A DNA stretch of 64,000 nucleotides, from NCBI GenBank assembly GCA_002269645.1, contig NIVC01000623.1:1-64000 (forward strand), given 5' to 3'. Of this stretch, positions 12,014-23,300 are shown one piece after another; the stretch's first letter is position 1, and every line of letters begins with the position of its first letter. The stretch is from Macrostomum lignano. Lineage: Eukaryota. The position numbers and the translations under genes are program-made. A model generated the notes under the pieces. The model was not told the DNA's origin and did not search any database. It saw only the letters and a program-made list of their open reading frames with translations.

Positions 12014-15000
12014 ATGATGGCGGCTGGCCTTCCTAACGATGTGAGCGTCGTCGACTACCTGGGCTACGACCCGGCGTTGCCGCTGCCACGCGACATCGAG
12101 GCCGTGGGCAACATCAATCTCGACGATTTAAACGGGCTGGTAGAAAACGTCGATCTGGAAGCGCAGCAGGTTTTCATTCTGCCGCAACAGCTGCAGGATT
12201 CGCCAGATCAGGTGTCTGTGATGCCGCCACCGCCGCCACCACCCCCGCCGCCGCCACCCCTTTGGCCTCCGCATGTCGCCGGGAGCCTTTCAATGACTCA
12301 CCATCCAGCTCCTCCAGCTTCTCAGCAGCAGCGCGCGGAGATTCCCAAACAGCTGCGGGACCGAGTTGAGAAAACCTCCGAGGCCATACAGCTGCCTGTG
12401 CACACCATCAGCTGTGAGTGCCTGGCTCCTATGTTGCTTAAACATGGATCAGGGACAGGGGGGGTTGAGCCGAATTGGCTGACATTGAAAAGTTGGTTTT
12501 GTGACAAGTTGGGCAGTAAATACGCCCGTAACAACCATTCATTCACCAATGCCCCTCTCCGATTACTCTTTCTTATTCCCCTCTCCCATACCCCTCTGGC
12601 CTATCCCCTCTCCCATTCCACTCTCCCATTCCCCTCTCCCACTCCTATTCCCCTCTCCAATTCCCCTCTCCCGTTCCTCTCTCCCATTCCACTCTCCCGT
12701 TCCCCTATTTCCCTCTCCCGTTCCCCTCTCCCGTTCCTCTATCCCATTCCCCTCTCCCGTTCTCCTCTCCCGTTCCCCTCTCCCATTCCCCTCTCCCATT
12801 CCCCTCTCCCGTTCTCCTCTCCCATTCCCCTCTCCCGTTCCTCTCTCCCATTCCACTCACCCATTCCCCTCTCCGATCCCCCTCTCCCATTCCCCTCTCC
12901 CATTCCCCTCTCTCATTCCCCTCTCCCATTCCCCTCTCTTCATTCCCCCTTTCCATTCCCCTCTCTCATTCCCCCTCCCATTCCCTTCTCCCATTCCCCT
13001 CTGGCCTATCCCACTCTCCCATTCCCTCTCCTATTCCCCTCTCCCACCTCTCCCATTCCCCTCAACTTCCTCTGTCCATTCCTACTCAGTCTGTGTAACA
13101 ACAACCCTGCAGCCTGGAGTTCTCACCAGAAGTTGAAGTGGATCAAGGCCATGGTGACGCGACACCTGCCCAACCCGTCAGTGCAGCAGCATCAGCGGCT
13201 GTTCAACCTCGGCAACGAGCTCAGCCAGTCCGACAGGCGCAGCCTCGAGGAGCTGATCCAGTTGGTGGAACAGGCTGCCCAGGATCCGAGCATCGGCAGG
13301 AAGCTCACCGCTGAGCTCAACGGCTGGCGAAGAGGTGAGCAGGGGTCTGGTGTCTGGCGCTGAACAGCAGCTATTTGTGTCGGAGGGCGTGGCATCTGCA
13401 TCAATGGTGAGATAGAAATCTTCAGATTACGTAGCAACAGGAGAGCATGGGAAGCCGGTATTTGATTAAGTACGGATTACTGCAGAAGGGCTGTGTGCAC
13501 CCTGACGCAACGCGTTTGGCGACATCGTCAAACCTCTGACCCATTCCGCGGACTGCTGAGCACATACTTGTACACAGGCACGCACTCATACAGACCTCCG
13601 ATCCCAGACCTCCGATCCCAGACCTCCGATCCCAGACCTCCGATCCCAGACCTCCGATCCCAGACCTCCGATCCCAGACCTCCGATCCCAGACCTCCGAT
13701 CCCAGACCTCCGATCCCAGACCTCCGATCCCAGACCTTCGATTCAAGTATCTCACGATCTCAAGTATCTCAGGATCCAAGTATCTCACGGTCCAAGTATC
13801 TCACGGTCCAAGTATCTCACGGTCCAAGTATCTCACGGTCCAAGTATCTCACGGTCCAAGTATCTCACGGTCCCAAGTATCTCACGGTCCAAGTATCTCA
13901 CGGTCCAAGTATCTCACGGTCCAAGTATCTCACGGTCCAAGTATCTCACGGTCCAAGTATCTCACGGTCCAAGTATCTCACGGTCCAAGTATCTCACGGT
14001 CCAAGTATCTCACGGTCCAAGTATCTCACGGTCCAAGTATCTCACGGTCCAAGTATCTCACGGTCCAAGTATCTCACGGTCCAAGTATCTCACGGTCCAA
14101 GTATCTCACGGTCCAAGTATCTCACGGTCCAAGTATCTCACGGTCCAAGTATCTCACGGTCCCAAGTATCTCACGGTCCAAGTATCTCACGGTCCAAGTA
14201 TCTCACGGTCCAAGTATCTCACGGTCCCAAGTATCTCACGGTCCAAGTATCTCACGATCCAAGTATCTCACGGTCCAAGTATCTCACGATCCAAGTATCT
14301 CACGGTCCAAGTATCTCACGATCCAAGTATCTCACGGTCCCAAGTATCTCACGGTCCAAGTATCTCACGATCCAAGTATCTCACGGTCCAAGTATCTCAC
14401 GATCCAAGTATCTCACGGTCCAAGTATATCATGGATGTGAAGATCGCACGAACAACCTGCCGGCCAATTTCCTTGCAGAAGCCCCAAATGAAAAAAAACT
14501 TACCATTGAAGACAGCGAGATTACGGCGAATTTATATCTTATGAATAAAGTCCCTTCAATACGTACTTTTAAAAACTATTTGTTCTCGAAATCCACCAAT
14601 GGAATATTTACAAAGAAAACAAAGAAAACAAATAATTGTTGTTGTTTATGACATCAAATTTCCTTTGCAGTTGATTTCCGTTGATATCTTTTTCTTCAAA
14701 ATAAAGCCTACATTTCGCGAAATATTAAAAAAACGCTATTAACTCTTCTATATAAGTAGACGATATAGCATTTTAATTAACTGCTCGTACTATCAGGGTA
14801 AACAATCCAGCCTAACTGCCAGAAACTATACTTAAAAAACGTTGCCCTATAAACTTGGTCACCAAATTAATTACTCAATCTGATTGCTTCCAGTCTGCGA
14901 GGTTCACCTGGTCGAGCTGAGGAGCATAAAGCCGGAGCCGAAGCCAGGAACCCACGGCAGGGGAACCGGTGAGTCGGCGGCTGTTCCAGGGTGTCAGATC

Positions 15001-15937
15001 CCAGAGCCCCGATCCCAGACCCCCGATCCCAGACCCCCGATCCCAGAGCTCCGATCCCAGACCTCCGATCCAAGTATCTAACGATCCCAAGTATCTCACG
15101 ATCCAAGTATCTCACGATCCCAAGTATCTCACGATCCAAGTATCTAACGATCCAAGTATCTAACGATCCCAAGTATCTCACGATCCAAGTATCTCACGAT
15201 CCAAGTATCTCACGATCCAAGTATCTCCCGATTAAAGTATCTCACGATCCCAAGTATCTCACGATCAAAAGTATCTCACGATCCCAAGTATCTCACGATC
15301 CCAAGCATCTCACGATCCAAGTATCTAACGATCCCAAGTATCTCACGATCCCAAGCATCTCACGATCCAAGTATCTAACGATCCCAAGTATCTCACGATC
15401 CAAGTATCTCACGATCCCAAGCATCTCACGATCCAAGTATCTAACGATCCCAAATATTTCACGATCCCAAGTATCCCATTCTGGGATCCTGCAAAAGTGC
15501 AAATTAAACTTCACACAGTACTGATGGCATACTACAATGCTACCCCCTCCCCCCAACGCCCAGGCGACTACCTATGGGAGCACGTGCTCCGCCTGCTAAT
15601 GGAAGGCAGCCCCACGGTGGCCTGGCTGAACAGGGAGGAGGGCCTGTTCGTCTTCAAGGACAGCAGCGGAGCGGCCAGGTCCTGGGGCTACACTAAGAAC
15701 AATGTCAACATGAGCTTTGAGAAGATGAGCCGGTCCATCCGGCAGTACTACAGGCCAGACGGGACCGGCATCATTGAGAAGGCCCCCGAGCAGCCCAAGC
15801 TGCACTACAAGTTTAACATGTTCCACCCGGAGGTGGCCAGCTTTCTGGCCAAGAATTTCCGCGCCATCTGCGAGCGCCACGCCTTCCTGAGCCGCGTGGT
15901 GCACGGCGCCCCGGTTGGGTCAGAAAATCTCTGTTGA
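12014..15937 (+). CDS. ETS transcription factor, SPDEF-like recognition helix, with degenerate PNT/SAM-like region (4 exons, about 371 aa)
   Basis: Exons 12014-12413, 13113-13334, 14894-14968 and 15519-15937 join in phase (1,1,1). ETS domain reads YLWEHVLRLL...W...F...AARSWG...MSFEKMSRSIRQYY...LHYKF. Exon 2 WSSHQKLKWI resembles a PNT helix. The exon 2 acceptor choice is inferred from phase. Confidence 0.85.
12560..13080. repeat. Pyrimidine-rich low-complexity tract (CCCCTCTCCCATT-like) in ETS intron 1
   Basis: Degenerate CT-rich repeats between donor GTGAGT (12414) and acceptor CAG (13112). Confidence 0.9.
13595..14427. repeat. Composite satellite: 14-nt (CTCCGATCCCAGAC)n followed by 16/17-nt (TCCAAGTATCTCACGG)n
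   Basis: Read directly in ETS intron 2. Confidence 0.95.
14998..15475. repeat. Second copy of the same 14-nt + 16/17-nt composite satellite (ETS intron 3)
   Basis: Same unit order as 13595-14427, with the CACGAT variant of the 16-mer. Confidence 0.9.
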
Positions 15938-16004
15938 CTTTTTCTGTAGGGTCACGGACTGACAGAGCAGATGGACGCTGTTCTCCTATGTGCTGACACT
16001 GCTT

Positions 16005-16585
16005 GATCACTGCTTGATAATGTCACTGCCAGGCAGTGGCACTGCTTGACAATGTCACTGCCAGCAATGTCGCTGCCAGGCAATGTCACTGCCAGGCAAT
16101 GTCACTGCTTGATAATGTCACTGCCAGACAATGTCGCTGCCAGGCAATGTCACTGCAAGACAATGTCACTGCTTGACAATATCACTGGTTGATAATGTCT
16201 CTGCCAGGCAGTGGCACTGCTTGACAATGTCACTGCTTGACAATATCACTGCTTGATAATGTCTCTGCCAGGCAGTGGCACTGCTTGACAATGTCACTGC
16301 TTGACAATATCACTGCTTGACAATGCCACTGCCAGGCAATGTCACTGCCAGACAATGTCGCTGCCAGGCAATGTCACTGCAAGACAATGTCACTGCTTGA
16401 CAATATCACTGCTTGATAATGTCTCTGCCAGGCAGTGGCACTGCTTGACAATGTCACTGCTTGACAATATCACTGCTTGACAATGCCACTGCCAGGCAAT
16501 GTCACTGCCAGACAATGTCGCTGCCAGGCAATGTCACTGCAAGACAATGTCACTGCTTGACAATGTCACTAATGTCACTGCCAGA
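16005..16585. repeat. 16-nt minisatellite (CAATGTCACTGCTTGA / CAATGTCACTGCCAGG)
   Basis: Tandem degenerate units just downstream of the + strand ETS stop codon. Confidence 0.9.
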
Positions 16586-17360
16586 TAACAGCACAATTAA
16601 GAATCAACTAAACACATGTTAATAATCGACAATTGGTGGTACACTGACAGTTTGATTTGAATAAAAATTTGCGCAAGATGGCAGTAGCGCAGTGTCCATC
16701 TGTTTGACTAGTTGGTGACTTACTTTATGCTCATTGCTTTTGTCAGCCAAGTTGATATATTTAGATCTTTTTACTGTATGGAAGTCGATGCATTGTAAAA
16801 GCCTGATTTCTATAAGAGAGGTTGCTGCTGACTTCCTTCTTTTGTGCTGATGTCTATGGCCGAATCCACAAGCAGTACATGTAGTATTATAATCTGCACT
16901 CTATTCTGTATAGTTTCATGTTTGCTTTTTCCTTTACAATTCTGTTACCCCAGTAAACTGAAATAATGAGCGCTGGCTGATGCTTACTCTGTATAAGTAG
17001 TAAATTCGTGCGTTTCAAACATAATAAATAATACAGCCGAACATGGAGACGTCTGTCTTATTCAGAAATTTGTTTCGGTTCGTAAATTAAACAATTTGCA
17101 AAGTCAGTTTTTGTAGAATTCATATATTATCATAAAACTGAAGTGGCTGCGTTGGCACCGATTTGAAATTTAGATTACCTGAAACGAACGCTTGGAAGGA
17201 ATTTCTTTCTAAGAAAGTTTAAATTATGGATTTCTAAGAAAAAATAAGGCGCCTGAAACGCATGCACAAAAATGTTTGTTTACAAGCAAATTCAAAGGCT
17301 TCAAAATTCTACAAGAAGGGAGGACATGTAAGTTTTCATGGTGAGAATCTGTAAATTCGG

Positions 17361-20300
17361 TCAGACACCAATCTCTTCTTTGATAACTCCGTCTGCAGCC
17401 AACTTCTCGTAGTGCCCACCAGGATGGTTCTTTATAAATTTCAACACCTGCGGATGCTGCAGGTTGAAGGCAAAGTGAAGCCTGCGACCCTTCACAGGAT
17501 CTGGGATCATTGTGCGATAGTACTTGTTCTCATTCCGGATCCAGTAGTCCCGGATGCAGCGGCTCATCTTCTCGTAGCTCATGTTTTCATTCTCCTTGTA
17601 CTGACCCCAGCGCCGGGCCGCCTGGTTGGCGTCGGTGAACGCGAAGACGCCCGCATCTTGGCGCAGTTCCTTCCAGCCGATGCAAGTGCGCCCGTCAAGC
17701 AGGTCCTTCAGCAGGAACTGCCACAGCAGCAGCTTGCCTTTGCGTCTCTTCTTGTACGGCACCGGCGGCTGGGCCGAGGCCCCTGAGGATGACGAGCAGC
17801 TGGGCAAGCTCACGGCCCGGTCCGGCTGCTCTTCCAGCTGCTCGGTATCTTCGAGCTCTCTTTTCTTTGGCAGCTCCGCCACTGCCGCGGGATGTCCCTG
17901 CCAGGATGGACTCGCCGTTGGCTCGCCCGTCTCGGCAGACTGTTGAGTCACGATTCTGAAGGATACAGGTAACAGTGTTGATGCAAGTTCAAGGACTTTG
18001 CAGCGTTTGTCTGGGCTTACAAAGGACAAAACATTATGAAACTGCTCAAAATTTCTACAGAATCAGCAGGCTGAATACTACAGAATCGGCAGACTACATA
18101 CTACAGAATCAGCAGACTAAATACTACAGAATCAGCAGACTAAATACTACAGTATCAGTACACTAAATACTACAGAATCAGTAGACTAAATACTACAGAA
18201 TCAGCAGACTAAATGCTACAGAATCAGCAGACTAAATGCTACAGAATCAGTAGACTAAATACTACAGAATCAGCAGACTAAATGCTACAGAATCAGCAGA
18301 CTACATACTACAGAATCAGCAGACTAAATACTACAGAATCAGCAGACTAAATACTACAGAATCAGCAGACTAAATACTACAGAATCAGTAGACTAAATAC
18401 TACAGAATCAGCAGACTAAATACTACAGAATCAGTAGACTAAATACTACAGAATCAGCAGACTAAATACTACAGAATCAGTAGACTAAATACTACAGAAT
18501 CAGTAGACTAAATACTACAGAATCAGCAGACTAAATACTACAGAATCAGTAGACTAAATACTACAGAATCAGCAGACTAAATACTACAGAATCAGCAGAC
18601 TAAATGCTACAGAATCAGTAGACTAAATACTACAGAATCAGTAGACTAAATACTACAGAATCAGTAGACTAAATACTACAGAATCAGCAGACTAAATACT
18701 ACAGAATCAGTAGACTAAATACTACAGAATCAGCAGACTAAATGCTACAGAATCAGCAGACTAAATGCTACAGAATCAGTAGACTAAATACTACAGAATC
18801 AGCAGACTAAATGCTACAGAATCAGCAGACTACATACTACAGAATCAGCAGACTAAATACTACAGAATCAGCAGACTAAAGCACGCGAAGGCGTATTCAG
18901 CATGCCAGTGAAGTATGAGACAGACTAGGCCCATGGGCTAAGGTCTGCGATGCTTCACGCCTGCCCCTATCTTCAGCAGGTCAAGGCTGGTGGGAGGTCT
19001 GCACCCTCTATTTGCCTCTGGCAGCCGCAGACCCCCCCCACGCTGTCTCGCAAGTCGACCCAGGGTACTCGTCCCCGCGTGTGTTCAAGGCAGTCCCTAG
19101 GGCTGCTGGACAGACTGGGCTCCGGCGCTGGCGACCCTATCCAGTGGCTTCGGCCGAATTTGGGTATGCGGGTCTGGCTCGCCAACCTGCAGGCCGTGGT
19201 ACTGCTCAACGTACTCTCTAATGCCTAAGGTGTTGACCGTGCCGATGGGCTGGAAGGCCGGGGAGTAGTCCGGTCGCAAGCGGTCCCCCTCCTGGTGTCG
19301 GGCCAGCCTTGAGGGTGCTATTGGCCTACTGCCCGGTCAGGTGGAGCGGCCGGGTGGGTACCGCGCCCCTTTGAGGGTAGCCCACCAACCTTTTATCATG
19401 GCCTTCGAGCCGTCTATGGATAATCAAGCTAACTCTAGGGACGGGGACCCTTCTAAACCCCAACCTCAGTCCGAAGGACCGGCCGGCCCTGCTGGCAGAT
19501 CCCAACCGACTGATTCAACTGTGGCAAAGGAAGGACCGGCTGGCTCTGCTGGCAGATCCGACCAGAGCTACCAAACTCAAAATACCCAAAGACCTGCCAG
19601 CTCCGCTGGTGGATCTAAGGGAACCGCGAGCTCTGAGCCTAAAGGACCGGCCAAATCTGGCAGATCCGATGAAGCTCAGCGGGCTCGGCTTGAGCGCAAA
19701 CGCGCTAAACAACGCGCCAAAAGGCAGGCCAAGAAGGGAGCTGCGGGGGCCAAAGCGGCGGCGTCCACCATGGATGCTAAAGCGACTGGAGTCCCAAGGC
19801 AACCAGGCGGGCCGGCCGGTGGAAGCTCCAGTAGTTCAGCGGCGGCGCTCCCTGGAGCTGCTGCCGCGGCTGCTGAGGCCGAAACCACGGCGCAACAAAT
19901 GGCCACTGCCAACAAGGAGGTTCCTTCGGGAGCTACCTTTGCGGCGAAGGCCAAGGCCAAAATCCCGGGAGTGATCATCCAAGGTCGCGACCAGGACTGG
20001 ACCACTGATCAGCTTCAAAAAGTGTGGAGTGCTGTTGACTCCTATCTGATTGAGCTGACTGTCGAGGAGGGAATCTCCATCGGCGTTGAGCGGATGGTGC
20101 TGCGAAGCACATTCGTTCTTATTGCTCCTAGCAGCGAGGAGGACGCTCGGCGGCTGCTCCAGCGGCTACCGACGGTCTCCTTGGATGCTGACCTTGGTGG
20201 AGCTCTTTTTCTTCGCGAGGGCCAGCGTCCAAAGACGATACCCTATGTGGTTTTCGTCCCTGCTAAGAGCACCGCAGCTGGACCAGACGTTATTCGCCGG

Positions 20301-23300
20301 GTCCTACTGCGTCTGAACCCCGACCTCCCTGCTAGTGGACTGGTGTATCACCGCAAAGTCCGCAGGGGGGAGACGGGCAACTCAATTGTCCTCGGCCTTT
20401 CCAGCACTTGGGCGAGTCGGTACCCTAATGGATCCTCTTTCCAGCTGGGTGCCCTCAAGCTCAAGTTGCGCCGAGGAAAGTCTGCCAAAGGGAAGGCTAC
20501 TGCCAACCCCGGCATCTCCGGCAAGAGCGGGGCGCAGTCTAAGGCCCAAGGAAAGGCGCAAGCCGATCCCAAAGCCAAAGCTGCATCTCGCCCCTCTGCT
20601 AGCAGCAGTTCGGCGACCGCGGTAACGGCTCCGGCCGAGCCCCGGGAACCAAACCTGCCAGTCGGAGAAGGAGTTGAGGACGAGGCCGGGTCTTCGGAAT
20701 CCGAGCTCTCCTCGGCCACCTTGGTGGGGTCTGAAGGTAAAGATGCAGGTGAGGAAGCTTCCTCCATCCTGTCATCGGAGCCTGAGGACTCTGCTGGGGG
20801 GCCGGTGGGGGTGAGGAGGCCATGGACGTCGACCAACTCCCATCTCCCAGTCAAGCCCCAGCGGCCTGGGACGAGGACGATCTGTTGTCCAAGTCTCCTT
20901 GATGGCCCTGGGCTCTAGCCAGATATTGCATTTAATACAGTATGACTAAGCTCCACGCTGCCAAAGGAGCGACATTCTGTCTGCAAATAAATTTACAGCA
21001 TTGCGTATCTGCGTCAGTAAATCTGATGAAGATTGCTGAGCTGTACAGGCCAGGCCTCATCCTGATCCAGGAACCCTGGATGCGCAACGGTAAGTTGCCC
21101 AACATTCCCTCTGGCTACTCTGATTTTTATGTGTGTGGCCCGGGGAACAGCCGCCCTAGAGCGGCTATCCTCGCTGCTAGCCATCTCCAGGCTTGGCTGA
21201 GGACTGATCTCTCTGATGGAGACCTTTGCGTCATCCAATCTAATCATTTCTCTCCGCGTACGTGTCTTGTTGCCTCGGTTTATATCCCAGGCGACAGAGA
21301 CCCTGCTCCCGAGAGTTTACTGCGCCTTGCGCAGTACTGCGAGTCCCAGAACGCTGAGCTGTGCTTAGGGGGCGACCTCAACGCGCACCACAAGCACTGG
21401 GGCAGCAAAGATACCAACACTAGAGGAGAGGAGCTTCTGGCCCTCATCTCTAACACAAACCTCATGCTCTGCAACCGCGGCAGCACTCCTACCTTTAATA
21501 ATGGCAGATGGACCGAGGTCCTCGACGCCACACTCGTTACCCCAAGACTCTTTGACAGAGTCAAGGAGTGGAGAGTCTGGTCTGAGGAGCCCTCCCTGTC
21601 TGACCACTGCTTTATCGCCTTTAATATCGCGGACACTAAAACCCAGTCTCCGATCACTTGGAGACGCAATATCCGCAACACTGATTGGGCGGCCTACAAG
21701 GCTGCCCTTGATCTGCACCTGCAGGAACTCACGGACTTACGTCCGATTGAGACCTGCGAGGATGTGGATCATATGGCTGAGACGCTGACAGGTTGCATTA
21801 TTGCAGCCTACGAAGCGGCTTGTCCTGCTCGCGCCTACAGAGGCAAGACCTCGGCGCCGTGGTGGAACCCGGAGCTGGGGAAACTCAGGCGGAAGGCCAA
21901 AAGCCTTCATCGCCGTGCCATGAAGACCGGAAACCCGGAGGACATGGAGCTTTTCCGGCAAGCCTCCCGCAATTTCAAATCTGAAGTGCGCAAGGCCAAG
22001 GAATGTAAGTGGCGCCAATTCTGCAATGAATTGGATCAAGACAGACCTACTTCTAGGCTTGTCAAGGCCCTTACAATGGACAAAATGTCCAAATTAGCCA
22101 TGATCAAAAAAGATGATGGCTCTTTTACTAAAGACCCTGAAGAAGTGCTTCAGCATATGCTTAGCACATTCTTCCCGAGGGTACCTACTGCTAGACCGGA
22201 GCCCAACCATTCGATGGATGGAGCCACCCTAGCGGCGGGCATTGTCACTGAAGACCTAATCGCTCGTGCGGTCAGAACCTTCAAACCCTTCAAATCTCCT
22301 GGACCTGATGGTATCTACCCTGTTCTCCTTCGTGAAGCAGCCAAGATACCCTCGTTCCTGAGACTCACCCGCAATCTTATGCGGGCCTCTATCCAGCTGG
22401 GATACGTTCCCAAAAGCTGGACTGAAGCTCGAGTAGTCTTTATTCCCAAACCTGGGAAGGGTGACTACCAAAGCGTCAAGGCCTTCCGGCCAATTAGCTT
22501 AACGTCAGCAATGCTTAAGCTCACTGAGAGGCTTATTCTCTGGCGGCTGCTCTCCTGCGAGCTGACAGCGATGCCCCTCAGCAATAATCAGCACGCCTTC
22601 CGTACCGGGAGGTCGACTGACAGCGCCCTGCATGCGATTGTCGAAAAGATTGAACGGGCGGTACTGGGTGACGGTTACGCCCTGGCTCTCTTTCTTGACA
22701 TTGTTGGCGCCTTCGACAACGTTATCTTTGAAGCGTTTCAGAGGGCCCTTCAAAATCGCAAAGCTCATGCTACCCTCATACGGTGGATCATGTACATGAT
22801 CTCCAACCGTACGGTCACTGCCCAACTTCTTGGGCAAACTGCCTCCACCAGAGTCTGTAAGGGTGGACCCCAAGGCGGAGTCCTCACCCCGACGCTCTGG
22901 AACCTGGTCATGGACGCTCTTCTGAGTGACTCCCGACCTGACCCCGTCTTCAAAGTCGGGTATGCTGATGACGTCACGGCCATTGTGGCAGGACCGTCTC
23001 CCAGCACGCTCAGGGATCTGATGCAGAGCTTTATCCGCAAAGCAGAATCCTGGGCCAATGACAATGGTTTGGAACTCTCTGAGCCCAAAACCGTTGCCAT
23101 TATGTTTACCAGCAGACTACGCTGGAACATACGTCCTCTGCAGCTCTACGGCAGAGATATTGCCTTCGCGCACCAGACCAGATGTCTCGGGGTCACACTT
23201 GACCACCGGCTCAACTGGTCCTTCCACGTGAAAGCAAAAGCTAAGCGTGCCTCAGCCATCCTGGCCCAGCTCCGACGAGCACTTGGCACTTCTTGGGGTC

